A stretch of DNA of 64,000 bases from Berkelbacteria bacterium GW2011_GWE1_39_12. GTDB lineage: Bacteria; Patescibacteriota; UBA1384; UBA12157. The notes beneath the pieces were generated by a model that did no database searches, was not told where the DNA came from, and was given only the letters and a program-made list of their open reading frames with translations. The position numbers and the translations under genes were made by a program. The stretch spans positions 524,613 through 588,612 of the forward strand of contig CP011213.1 in assembly GCA_001029735.1 (NCBI GenBank), in the 5' to 3' direction. Positions 40,032 to 48,897 of the stretch are shown here, in pieces (position 1 is the first letter of the stretch; every line of letters begins with the position of its first letter).

Positions 40032-40342
40032 CAAAAATTGTAAAACCGTTGCCAGCTTTTTTGATTGGTTTTGTGATTATTTTCTTCGAGCTGCCGTGTA
40101 CTGGCGGACCGTATCTATTTACTCTGGGCTATCTCGCTAGTCTGCCCAAATTTTCTTTAGTGCCAATACTTATCTATTATAACTTGATCTTTATTTTGCC
40201 GCTTTTGCTTATTATCGGTCTGGTGTATTTTGGATATTCTAGTATTGAAAAAACAACTCAATGGAAAGATAAAAACATTAGGATTTTACACCTTATTTCT
40301 GGTATAATAATGTTGGGTCTAGGTCTTTGGATAATTAATTAG
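40028..40342 (+). CDS. ccdA: CcdA/DsbD-family thiol-disulfide transporter, C-terminal half (TTG start overlapping the upstream stop)
   Basis: 'FFELPCTGGPYLFTLGYLAS' second conserved Cys motif. The two halves together come to ~235 aa. Confidence 0.6.
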   Translation: MTKIVKPLPAFLIGFVIIFFELPCTGGPYLFTLGYLASLPKFSLVPILIYYNLIFILPLLLIIGLVYFGYSSIEKTTQWKDKNIRILHLISGIIMLGLGLWIIN

Positions 40343-40351
40343 AATGGGATA

Positions 40352-41089
40352 ATGACTTTACTATTTATTCTTTTGGCTACTTTTATTAATGGATTAGTCG
40401 CTTTTACAGGTGCTACTTTTTTATTTTTTGGCCCTAAGAAGTATGGAAAAATCCTTTTTTTACTCGTTGCTTTTTCGACTGGCGCATTGCTCGGCGGTGC
40501 ATTTTTTCATCTTATTCCTGAATCTTTAGAAGCCATTGATTCAAATTTGACTTTTATATTGGTCTTGATTGGTTTCTCTGCTTTTTTTCTGATGGAAAAA
40601 TACTTTCATTGGCGTCATTGTCATGACGATGAATGCAATATCCATCCTGCCAGTTACCTGCTATTGTTTGGCGATGGAATCCATAATTTTATTGACGGCT
40701 TAGTTATAGCTGCTTCTTTTATGGTTGATTTTCGATTTGGTGTCATTACGACAATCCTTATTATCGCCCATGAATTGCCTCAAGAACTGGGAGATTTCGG
40801 TGTTTTAGTCCATTTGGGTATGAAAGTTAAAAAAGCCCTAATTTATAATTTTCTCTCACAATTAACAGCGGTTGCTGGGGGGATTGTCGGATATATTTTA
40901 TCGGGTAACACTGAATTTAGCACTGCAATGCTACCGATAGCTGCCGGCGGATTTATCTATATTGCGGCCTCTGATCTAATTCCTGAATTACATAAAGAGC
41001 GACAGCTTAAACGCTCAATTGCTAATTACTCAATCTTTTTAGTGGGTATTTGTTTTATTGTTATTCTAAAAATTTTATTGGGTGAATAG
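40352..41089 (+). CDS. zupT: ZIP-family metal (Zn/Fe) transporter ZupT
   Basis: 'HNFIDGLVIAASF' and 'HELPQELGDFGVLV' ZIP signatures. Confidence 0.85.
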   Translation: MTLLFILLATFINGLVAFTGATFLFFGPKKYGKILFLLVAFSTGALLGGAFFHLIPESLEAIDSNLTFILVLIGFSAFFLMEKYFHWRHCHDDECNIHPASYLLLFGDGIHNFIDGLVIAASFMVDFRFGVITTILIIAHELPQELGDFGVLVHLGMKVKKALIYNFLSQLTAVAGGIVGYILSGNTEFSTAMLPIAAGGFIYIAASDLIPELHKERQLKRSIANYSIFLVGICFIVILKILLGE

Positions 41090-41223
41090 CTCTCGATCAA
41101 TTTTCTGATTTACTCAATTTGCTCCACTTAAAAAGTTTCATATATTAAGCGGAGAGATTTGGGTTACCCATCTTCACGATCTAAACTGCAATATCAGCTG
41201 ATTCAAGCCAAATATTACAAAAA

Positions 41224-41252
41224 ACACCTCTACCATTTGAAGAGGTGTTTTT
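41224..41252. terminator. Bidirectional intrinsic terminator
   Basis: AAAAAACACCTCT-accatttga-AGAGGTGTTTTT. 8-bp GC-containing stem flanked by an A-run and a T-run between convergent genes. Confidence 0.8.
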
Positions 41253-41276
41253 GCTCAATAATTTCTCTAAATGTAT

Positions 41277-41984
41277 CTAAAAATTATTTTTCCAGCGATT
41301 CATCCAACCGAATAAGCTAAACCCACTCTGTAAACTAGTTAACTGATCTTTCAACTCTAATTGGGTTTGCTGTAAAACAATGATCTGATTGGCAACTGTA
41401 ATCTTGTCGGTGTTACTAGTTAATTGTGTTAGTATTTGCTCAAGTGACTTTATCTGTTTTTGGTTCTCGGATAGGGTATCTTTGGCTATTTTTAATTCTT
41501 TGTAGTTTGCTCCAATAAAGAACTTGGCAAATCCGCTTCTTGTTTCAGCTTTATCAATAGATTGTCCTATCTTGTCTTGATTTTTGGTCTGCGTTTGAGC
41601 AATCGTTCGAATTTGATCTCCGATTCCCTCATTTTTGACTTGAGCGGCGGTGCGAATCAACTGCTGTGCCGCGCTGGCGACCGCACTTCTTTGCTCAACA
41701 CCTTTGGAATTTTTCGGTGTGTATTGGGATGTGGCTTGACTAATATCTTCCTGGATCTGTGTCTCGGTTCTAGTTTGTGTCATCGTTCCCGCACTGGGAT
41801 TATTTGTTTGTGTTTGGCTTTGAGTCGCATCCGTTGTGTTGCTCGAAGCCGCAGACGAATCAACTGATGTACTAGACGTACCGGTATTTCCACTTGTTGA
41901 ACCTTGTCCATTTTCCGAGGCTGCAAAGGCCAATCCAGGAACCAGCATAATGAGTCCAAGCATAATTGTAAAAGCTTTTTTCAT
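41277..41984 (-). CDS. Secreted protein with an S/T/Q-rich low-complexity region and a C-terminal coiled coil; hypothetical
   Basis: Signal peptide 'MKKAFTIMLGLIMLVPGLAFAAS'. Long S/T/Q-rich tract followed by heptad-like repeats. Confidence 0.6.
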   Translation of the reverse strand: MKKAFTIMLGLIMLVPGLAFAASENGQGSTSGNTGTSSTSVDSSAASSNTTDATQSQTQTNNPSAGTMTQTRTETQIQEDISQATSQYTPKNSKGVEQRSAVASAAQQLIRTAAQVKNEGIGDQIRTIAQTQTKNQDKIGQSIDKAETRSGFAKFFIGANYKELKIAKDTLSENQKQIKSLEQILTQLTSNTDKITVANQIIVLQQTQLELKDQLTSLQSGFSLFGWMNRWKNNF

Positions 41985-42189
41985 AACCCTCCTATTGCTT
42001 AATTAACTTCTCAAATCAATTATAGCATAAATGCAAAATCGTTGGTTTGATATTCCAGTGATGAGTTAGTAATCGTCCATCAAAAAGCCCAAATTTGCCA
42101 TCAGACTTTTTGAAAAAAATTGCTATTTTTTGTGAGAAATGTCATAGAATTTTAAAAATTAATTTAAGATAATACTTTTGGAGGTAAAA

Positions 42190-42615
42190 ATGTTCACAGG
42201 TTTAGACGTCCTAGATACAACTGTTCAAAAAACCAATATATTTCTTGGGTCAATTGAAAATGATTTAGGTTGGGAGGGGCATCGACATCAGGCCTATCAA
42301 GCGACTCGAGCAGTATTGCATGCATTAAGAGATCGTTTGCCAATTGATTTAGAAGCGCATTTGGCGGCTGAATTGCCACTTTTCCTTAAAGGTGTTTTCT
42401 TTGAAGGCTGGAGCCCGGCTCGAGTGCCTTTACGTATGAATAAGGAAGAGTTTATTCAGTATATCCGTCAAAATTTTATTTTCGATGTTAAAGAGAATGA
42501 AGTAGAAAAAGTTATTAATGTTGTTGGTAAGCGGATTTTTGAATTAATTGGTCCTGAAGAAACAAAAAATATTCTTCAAGCACTTTCGTCTGATGTTGCC
42601 GAGTTATTTGAGTAA
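42190..42615 (+). CDS. DUF2267 family protein
   Basis: 'AYQATRAVLHALRDRLPIDLEAHLAAELPLFLKGVFFEGWSPARVP' matches DUF2267. GGAGGT SD. Locally higher GC. Confidence 0.65.
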   Translation: MFTGLDVLDTTVQKTNIFLGSIENDLGWEGHRHQAYQATRAVLHALRDRLPIDLEAHLAAELPLFLKGVFFEGWSPARVPLRMNKEEFIQYIRQNFIFDVKENEVEKVINVVGKRIFELIGPEETKNILQALSSDVAELFE

Positions 42616-42618
42616 ATT

Positions 42619-42798
42619 ATGCCAATCGATAATCATGAACTTAAAACTAAAATAGGTAAAATCGAGCAACGTTTAAATATGGTTGAAAAACGAGAGCAAG
42701 AAGATTTTATTGGGATATATTCACGTTTAGATAATTTAGAAGAATCTTTAAGAAAATTGGAAAATGATATTGCCGCCGTACATCTGAATAACCAATAA
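42619..42798 (+). CDS. Possible 59-aa coiled-coil protein. It falls below the ORF-track length threshold.
   Basis: ATG 3 nt after the upstream stop. 'MPIDNHELKTKIGKIEQRLNMVEKREQEDFIGIYSRLDNLEESLRKLENDIAAVHLNNQ'. Confidence 0.3.
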   Translation: MPIDNHELKTKIGKIEQRLNMVEKREQEDFIGIYSRLDNLEESLRKLENDIAAVHLNNQ

Positions 42799-42902
42799 TG
42801 ATTTAACACCTTGTGTTTCTAAACGCCACTTTACACTAAAAAAACCGTCCAAATGACAGTTTCTTTAGTGGAGGGACACTCGGGTCTAGTCTCTTAGCTT
42901 TT

Positions 42903-43142
42903 TTAGTAAAAATTAATGTTATATAGGCTTAGTAAATAAATTATCTCTACTAATAAACCTAAAACTGAAAAAACAATTCCAAAAATTGCTAAAATTTTTG
43001 AAGATTTTAGCCCCCTTAATGAAAGTACTAAGCCTATAATCTGCAGAGGTATTCCTAAAGCACCAAGTGATGTTGTAATTAGCCCAATAAATCCAAAAAT
43101 TAGTCCGTATAATGCCGATTTGTTTATTTCTTTTACTTTCAT
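42903..43142 (-). CDS. Small two-TM membrane protein; hypothetical
   Basis: 79-aa ORF with two clear hydrophobic helices. Confidence 0.45.
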   Translation of the reverse strand: MKVKEINKSALYGLIFGFIGLITTSLGALGIPLQIIGLVLSLRGLKSSKILAIFGIVFSVLGLLVEIIYLLSLYNINFY

Positions 43143-43194
43143 TTGGAATGGTGCTTTAGATCTGGAACCTTTGCTTTTTTATCACTTAATCTAT

Positions 43195-43782
43195 TTAAAA
43201 TCCTAATTCATCAGAAATATTTTGTAGCGAAGACAGCCCAATTTGCATAAATTCATCCAAGGGGATACTAACTTTTTCGCATTCTAGAATAAGTTCGCGA
43301 TTACATTTTGCTGCAAATTTTTTATTCTTGAACTTTTTTTGTAAGCTGTGTAAAGATAAGCTCGCCAATTTTTTGTCGTTTGTCATTAGTGCCGATGCAA
43401 TAATTAATCCAGTCAAGGTTTCAGCCGCGACAAGGCAGTGTTGAATTCTCGTCGTGCGCAGCTTTTCTTTTAGTTGGGGTATCATCTCATTTGAGTAGCC
43501 ATGAGAAACAATGGTTTCAATTAAGAACTCACTCGCCTCGACTTCTCTTAAGATTTCTTGGCACTTTATGCAATGTTCAGTTGAGTTATCTTTCGTTAGA
43601 TCCCAATCAATATCATGAAGTAGTCCGATGATTCCCCATTTTTCCTCATCCTCATGAAATTTTTTTGCCAATGCACGCATAATAACTTCTGTTTCCCTGA
43701 GGTGTAATTTAGTAATCGGATTGCTTACATATTTATTAACCAATTCATTTGCATCTTTAATTGTAATATTTAAATCTTCCAT
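43195..43782 (-). CDS. HD-domain phosphohydrolase family protein
   Basis: 'WGIIGLLHDIDWD' HD motif plus a downstream His/Asp-containing helix. Confidence 0.7.
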   Translation of the reverse strand: MEDLNITIKDANELVNKYVSNPITKLHLRETEVIMRALAKKFHEDEEKWGIIGLLHDIDWDLTKDNSTEHCIKCQEILREVEASEFLIETIVSHGYSNEMIPQLKEKLRTTRIQHCLVAAETLTGLIIASALMTNDKKLASLSLHSLQKKFKNKKFAAKCNRELILECEKVSIPLDEFMQIGLSSLQNISDELGF

Positions 43783-43912
43783 TTGGTTTGATTATACAAA
43801 AAAATCACCAGAATAGCGATATTCGTGAAATCTATAAATTATAGTAACAAACTGCTTGGGGACATACGTGTCTGGAACCTTTTGAGGTTTTCTATAGACA
43901 AACTCATTACTA

Positions 43913-44419
43913 ATGATTAAATTATATACAGTAGGAGTTGTTAATATGACAGGGTCGTTCAAAGAAAAATTTGATTTAGTTACTAGGGAGTTTCAAGAGA
44001 TTTGCGAGTTTAAAATATCAGAATCAAGTTTATTGGATGCCGATAAGGAAACTTATATTCGTTTTTTTAGAGATTGTTTTCATCTAAAAGACTGGCTAAG
44101 AAATGATAATGCCATTAAAAACAATAATGCTAAAAATATTATAGAAACCTATATAAATAACTCTAGTTATCTTAAATTTTCTGCAGATGTTGCAAATGCA
44201 TCCAAACATAAAATATTAAATCCCAAGCGAAAAATAAGAGTCGATAAAGATATCGATCTAGTTGAAAGTGGTTATATTATGCCTGGAGATTTTACAATGA
44301 CTCAGTTTGGAAAATGTGTGCGGATAATTTATAATGAATATCACTCTATCAACGCCTTTACACTTGCAAAAGGTTGTATCGATGAATGGAGAATGTTTAT
44401 TGAAAAATATAAATTATAA
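43913..44419 (+). CDS. Hypothetical protein (168 aa)
   Basis: ORF only; no recognisable motif. Confidence 0.45.
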   Translation: MIKLYTVGVVNMTGSFKEKFDLVTREFQEICEFKISESSLLDADKETYIRFFRDCFHLKDWLRNDNAIKNNNAKNIIETYINNSSYLKFSADVANASKHKILNPKRKIRVDKDIDLVESGYIMPGDFTMTQFGKCVRIIYNEYHSINAFTLAKGCIDEWRMFIEKYKL

Positions 44420-44438
44420 GTCCATCTTAAAGGAAAAT

Positions 44439-44870
44439 ATGAATAAGAAGTGTCCTTTTTGTAACATAAATAAAGTGAAAACAAGAATTATCGAAAATGG
44501 AAATCATTGTTTTGTTATTCTTAGCAACCCTCGTTTAATGCCTGGTCATTTGCTAATAATTCCCAAGAGACATGTTGAGAAATTATCTGAACTAAGCAAT
44601 TCTGAGTTAGCTGATCTATTAAAATTTACCGTTAAATACCAGGAAAAGATTATTAAAAATATTGCTTCAGGGTGCGATGTGCGTCAAAATTATCGTCCAT
44701 TTATAAAAGACGGTAAACTCAAAGTTGCGCATTTACATTTTCATTTGCAACCAAGATGGCCAGATGTTTCTGATGAATTATTTACCAAATGTCAGAAATA
44801 TGAAATTGAATTATTTAAGCCTTTAACTGACGACGAAAAAGCCGATATTGAAAAACTTTTAGAAAAATAA
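44439..44870 (+). CDS. HIT-family (histidine triad) protein with an N-terminal CxxC
   Basis: 'CPFC' and 'HLHFHLQP' histidine triad. AAGGAAA SD. Start moved to 44439 to remove the overlap. Confidence 0.75.
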   Translation: MNKKCPFCNINKVKTRIIENGNHCFVILSNPRLMPGHLLIIPKRHVEKLSELSNSELADLLKFTVKYQEKIIKNIASGCDVRQNYRPFIKDGKLKVAHLHFHLQPRWPDVSDELFTKCQKYEIELFKPLTDDEKADIEKLLEK

Positions 44871-45082
44871 ATAAAATGTCCCACAATTTTTTAGAGCCAA
44901 CAGATTGAAAAAACAGTTCCAGACCCACTTGGGTGTCTCCAAAAATGAGCTCGTTTGGCACCAAAAAAGACCGAAATCGGTCTTTTGCGTCTTTACCTCT
45001 ACCTTATAATTACTTAATAAATATATCGACCAAAGGTCGCTATACTCTTTTCTACTACTTTGAATCGTCCCACTATATAAGT

Positions 45083-45098
45083 GGAGGGCCAGGTGGGC
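45083..45098 (-). repeat. 16-nt exact repeat of the 3' end (T-stem to CCA) of the nearby tRNA-Lys, inside a degenerate tRNA-like stretch
   Basis: tggagggccaggtggg occurs at 45083-45098 and again at 45189-45204, which is the tRNA-Lys 3' end. Confidence 0.6.
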
Positions 45099-45188
45099 AA
45101 GATGCCAACTTCCGTTGGCGGACCCACAGGTCGTGATTTCTCAACTCCACCATACAAAAAAGCATCAACCGAATTGGTGACGCTTTTT

Positions 45189-45263
45189 TGGAGGGCCAGG
45201 TGGGGATCGAACCCACGACACGGAGCTTAAAAGGCTCCTGCTCTACCACTGAGCTACTGGCCC
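45189..45263 (-). tRNA. tRNA-Lys (UUU)
   Basis: Minus strand: GGGCCAG-TA-GCTC-AGTGGTA-GAGC-A-GGAGC-CTTTTAA-GCTCC-GTGTC-GTGGG-TTCGATC-CCCAC-CTGGCCC-T-CCA. Confidence 0.85.
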
Positions 45264-45379
45264 ATAATTTTGAAAAAATTTCCGCGGCAATATATTGCCC
45301 ATAAATTCTTAACTAATTCAAAAATACCTTTACATTGTATAATAAAAAAGATGAAAAATCAAGCCTGATTAGAGACGGA

Positions 45380-45586
45380 TTAGTCGACCCATTCGACATT
45401 GGGAAAAGGCTTCTTGCTTGCAATTAAAATTACGTCGACTAGCCACCAGATACCCAAACCACCAAAAGTGATAAGTTTCAAGATACCTAATCCAACTTGA
45501 CCCATCATGAAACGATCGACCCCTAATTGGCCGAAAAAGATCGATAAAATCAAAACCAGAACCCGATTCAGTTTTCTAGCTTGCAT
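45380..45586 (-). CDS. TM2-domain small membrane protein
   Basis: 'VLVLILSIFFGQLGVDRFMMGQVGLGILKLITFGGLGIWWLVDVILIA'. Confidence 0.7.
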   Translation of the reverse strand: MQARKLNRVLVLILSIFFGQLGVDRFMMGQVGLGILKLITFGGLGIWWLVDVILIASKKPFPNVEWVD

Positions 45587-45692
45587 ATTTCTCCTTAAGA
45601 ATATTATACCTTATATTTAGAATTAATTAAAATATTACGGCGTTGTTTAACAATATCTTGGAAAGGGGTTTTTAATCTGATAAACTGAAGAT

Positions 45693-46052
45693 ATGTATAA
45701 TCAAAAAACAATCGATTACTTTTCGAACCCTCGAAATATGGGAGAGATAAGCAATGCTACTGTTGTTGCTGAAGGCGGAAACCTTTCGTGTGGCGATGTG
45801 GTCAAACTTTATTTAAAGGTTGATAAAGACATAATAACGGATATAAAATTCAAGGCTTTTGGCTGTGGCGCCTGCATTGCCACCGCTTCTGCTTTGACTG
45901 AATTGGTTAAAGGTAAAACTCTTAACGAGGTTGATAAGATATCCAACGGAGACGTCGATAAGTTTTTAGGTGGATTACCGCCACAAAAGTTAAAATGTTC
46001 TAATTTTTCTGCCGAAGTATTGCAGAAAGCTCTCAAGCAACTAAAAAAATAA
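45693..46052 (+). CDS. Fe-S cluster assembly scaffold, IscU/NifU-N/SufU-like
   Basis: 'NLSCGDVVKLYLKV...FKAFGCGACIATASALTELVKGKT' conserved Cys ligands. Confidence 0.8.
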   Translation: MYNQKTIDYFSNPRNMGEISNATVVAEGGNLSCGDVVKLYLKVDKDIITDIKFKAFGCGACIATASALTELVKGKTLNEVDKISNGDVDKFLGGLPPQKLKCSNFSAEVLQKALKQLKK

Positions 46053-46063
46053 TTTTATTATTT

Positions 46064-46090
46064 AAAAAAATGAACCCTTCGGGTTGCGGA
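46064..46090. terminator. Short GC hairpin. Its T-run is on the minus strand, so it is probably the terminator for the minus-strand gene at 46129-46638.
   Basis: gAACCCttcGGGTTgc preceded by AAAAAAA on the + strand, which is a T-run on the - strand. Confidence 0.5.
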
Positions 46091-46128
46091 AATTGCTACG
46101 CAATTAATCTGGCTATTTGAGAAATTTT

Positions 46129-46638
46129 TTAGTCGGCGCTTTTACGGAAAAAGCCCATACCAATTAAGACGAGAACCGGAGTAATCACCCACCAAGTATA
46201 ATCATTAATTAAGATGGCGGCGAATTTTGAATTCTCGACAAAAGCGGCTCGAGAGTCGGCAGGCATAAAGTTGAAGAGGGAAGAGAGGATCAAGCCTGTT
46301 GTTAGTATTGAATAACCGATAATCTCAAAAGGCGAGAGTAGTCCTTTTGTTTTACCACCCGAAATACCTGCTTTGGCGGTAAGTAAAGTGATAGTTAGCA
46401 TAAAAATAGCAGATCGTATGCTAAACGGTGAGGCATGAAGATTTATCCAAAACTGATTAAAGGTTTTGGATCCTTCAAAAAATTGCTGCATAGTGCCAGA
46501 GAGTGCTTGAGTCATGATTAATCCGACGTATACCGAAAGCAGGGTCGCGATAATTTTATCGCGCTGCAAGATATAGCCAAAAGAAATCCCCATAACAAAA
46601 ATAACTGCAATTGCCAGGTTCCAACTTGGTACCGGCAT
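46129..46638 (-). CDS. Hypothetical polytopic membrane protein
   Basis: 169-aa ORF with ~5 hydrophobic helices. Confidence 0.5.
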   Translation of the reverse strand: MPVPSWNLAIAVIFVMGISFGYILQRDKIIATLLSVYVGLIMTQALSGTMQQFFEGSKTFNQFWINLHASPFSIRSAIFMLTITLLTAKAGISGGKTKGLLSPFEIIGYSILTTGLILSSLFNFMPADSRAAFVENSKFAAILINDYTWWVITPVLVLIGMGFFRKSAD

Positions 46639-46775
46639 ATTTCCCCTCCGAAATAGATGATCAATCCTTTTTAATCTCTATCTTAATTATTGATTAAGGA
46701 TGATCATCTTAATTATACAACAATAATTTTTCTTCAACAATCAAAATAATAAAAACCTGTTAAGTTAATAACAGG

Positions 46776-47390
46776 TTAAATAATGGTCAAAATACTTCCG
46801 CATCGGTGTATTAGTGGATGGATGATGGTTTTCTTTCCGTCCTGTAAATCAAAAACCATATCCATGGCGAAGCGCATAAAGTCGAATCGAAATTGCACGC
46901 ATTCACTGTTGTTTGTGCTCGTGCATTTACTTGTGCTGGTAAATGCACGGCAGAGAAGCGGTCTAACGGAATAAATGCCGCAACTTGATTCATTAAGGAA
47001 TGGACAAGGGTATGTACCATACCAATCTTCCAGCATTAACTCCGTATTTTGCCTACTGGATTGCCTTCGACTATCTGGTAGGGAGGATAGATAGTCTTGC
47101 CATCGTGTGTATCCATCTTTCATTTTCTTTAAGAGAATCGAGCGGTCTTCGACTGGCATTTCGGCAATATATTTCTCAATAAGTTGCCATTCAACGTCTG
47201 ATGCGGCCACTAACTGATGGCAGCAATGCGTACATCCTTCGCTGCAAGCAAGGTGTATGTCTCCTCGCTTAATGGTTTCTGATAGTAATTCATCCACGAT
47301 ACGGTAAATAGCCTCAATCGGTTTCAAGCCATTTTCTCGACTAGTAAGAGCAACAAGTAACTCAAATGCTTTGCGATCAAAACTCTCCAT
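46776..47390 (-). CDS. YkgJ-family (UPF0153) putative zinc/iron-chelating Cys-cluster protein
   Basis: 'CSEGCTHCCH' plus 'CPFLNESSCGIYSVRPLLCRAF'. Locally higher GC. Confidence 0.65.
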   Translation of the reverse strand: MESFDRKAFELLVALTSRENGLKPIEAIYRIVDELLSETIKRGDIHLACSEGCTHCCHQLVAASDVEWQLIEKYIAEMPVEDRSILLKKMKDGYTRWQDYLSSLPDSRRQSSRQNTELMLEDWYGTYPCPFLNESSCGIYSVRPLLCRAFTSTSKCTSTNNSECVQFRFDFMRFAMDMVFDLQDGKKTIIHPLIHRCGSILTII

Positions 47391-47457
47391 TGACGCATTA
47401 CCTCCTCAACTCAAATACAAGAACCATTATACATGTTGACTGGTTCTTTATCAAGAG

Positions 47458-48063
47458 TTATAGTCCAGAATTCCTTAGTTTTTCAAAGAGTTCTTTTTGT
47501 TCCCGATTTAATTTTCGCGGCAGTTTCACTCGTACGGTTACCAATAAGTCGCCTCTGCCTCGGTTATAAGACTGGCCTTTGCCTCTGAATCGGAAAGTAG
47601 TGCCGTCAGCCGTTCCAGCTGGAATATTTAATACGATTTTTTCACCCGTTGATATTTGTAATTCTATTTTCTCGCCCAAAACTGCCGTGGAAAGACTGAT
47701 TGCAATTTCTGTTTGTACTTGAGAAAAAGCTTGTCCAAACATGGTCTCGAATATGTCACCAATACCACCGAAACCGCCAAAATCTGCACCTTGAAAACCG
47801 CCGGCATTTTGCCAGCCGCCACCAGAGTTAAATCCGCCTCCGCCTACTCCGGCTTCTCCAAATTGGTCATATTGCGCTCTCTTTTGAGTGTCGGAAAGCA
47901 CTTGATAGGCTTCGTTGATTTCCTTAAATTTAGCCTCATCACCGCCGTCTTTATCGGGATGGTATAGATGGGCTAATTTACGATAGGATTTCTTAATTTC
48001 TTCAATTGTGGCGTCTTTTTTTACACCTAAAACGCCGTAAAAATCTTTTGACATGTTTTTCAC
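47458..48063 (-). CDS. DnaJ-like co-chaperone (J-domain, G/F-rich region, C-terminal substrate-binding domain; no zinc-finger repeats)
   Basis: '[33 protein letters not shown]' with the HPD motif. Gly/Phe-rich linker. No CxxCxGxG repeats. Confidence 0.85.
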   Translation of the reverse strand: MKNMSKDFYGVLGVKKDATIEEIKKSYRKLAHLYHPDKDGGDEAKFKEINEAYQVLSDTQKRAQYDQFGEAGVGGGGFNSGGGWQNAGGFQGADFGGFGGIGDIFETMFGQAFSQVQTEIAISLSTAVLGEKIELQISTGEKIVLNIPAGTADGTTFRFRGKGQSYNRGRGDLLVTVRVKLPRKLNREQKELFEKLRNSGL

Positions 48064-48147
48064 CAGAAAATTATAAAAGACAAACTTTGTTTGTCAGTCA
48101 TTAAAATATTCTACCAAGAATTTCTAATTATTTCAAGAGAAAATGTT

Positions 48148-48777
48148 TTATTTTGAGACCAAAATGCCGCTGTCGTTATAAATTAAGCCATCATTTGCTG
48201 AAATACGAATTTTTTGAGCATCAGTTGCACCGCGATACTCAACGACATACCACGTCCAGTTTTTCGGTGCGCTCTGTGAGAGTGTTACTGTTGTCTGCGC
48301 TTCTGGATGCTGGGCTTTGTAGGCTGTGCCGCCATTATCATCGGCTGTTCGCAATATATCAACATAACTTTTTTTCCAATATTGTTCTTGGATTGGCTGA
48401 AGATCTGTACCAAGAAAATCGGCTTTAGGGATTGCAGCGCGGACGAACTTGTTTTGCGCGTCAATGGAATAGGTAAACCAGTTATCCTTGTCCTCGTTTG
48501 AGCCAAATATGTATGTCATGCTCAAGCTTAATGGGTTTAAGTCGCCTGGCACGCGGAAATTCAAACCGGCAAAATATGCATCGCTCTTCCAGGCATTTGC
48601 CGCCACTTTAGCTTTGGCTAAATTTGTTTGAGTGTTCGTTGTTACCGTTTTGGTATCTTGATTAGTAAAATCATTTCCACTTGTTGTGGTACTTACAGTA
48701 TTATCTTTAGCGGTTCCGCAACCAGCTGTGAAAAAAAGTATTGAAGAAATAATAGCTATCTTGGTTATTTTAGTCAT
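48148..48777 (-). CDS. Lipoprotein, hypothetical (Thr/Asn-rich N-terminus)
   Basis: 'ISSILFFTAGCGTAKD' lipobox-like signal. Lies between dnaJ and dnaK. Confidence 0.55.
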   Translation of the reverse strand: MTKITKIAIISSILFFTAGCGTAKDNTVSTTTSGNDFTNQDTKTVTTNTQTNLAKAKVAANAWKSDAYFAGLNFRVPGDLNPLSLSMTYIFGSNEDKDNWFTYSIDAQNKFVRAAIPKADFLGTDLQPIQEQYWKKSYVDILRTADDNGGTAYKAQHPEAQTTVTLSQSAPKNWTWYVVEYRGATDAQKIRISANDGLIYNDSGILVSK

Positions 48778-48897
48778 TTCCCCTCCCGACTATTTTTTGA
48801 GATAGAGCTTACTTTTGAAATGTTCGCTCTAGAAAATTTAAACTATTTAATTTAAGGTACTTTAATTGTACAACCAATTTTATTTAAATACTATTGT

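Noticed and set aside
43161-43882. 12-nt direct repeat 'tctggaaccttt' flanking the HD-domain gene
   Set aside because: Chance 12-mer matches are expected many times in a 64-kb AT-biased sequence, and no longer flanking identity or mobile-element genes are present.
44933-45136. 67-aa ORF upstream of tRNA-Lys
   Set aside because: No RBS. It overlaps the degenerate tRNA-like repeat region and has no recognisable features.
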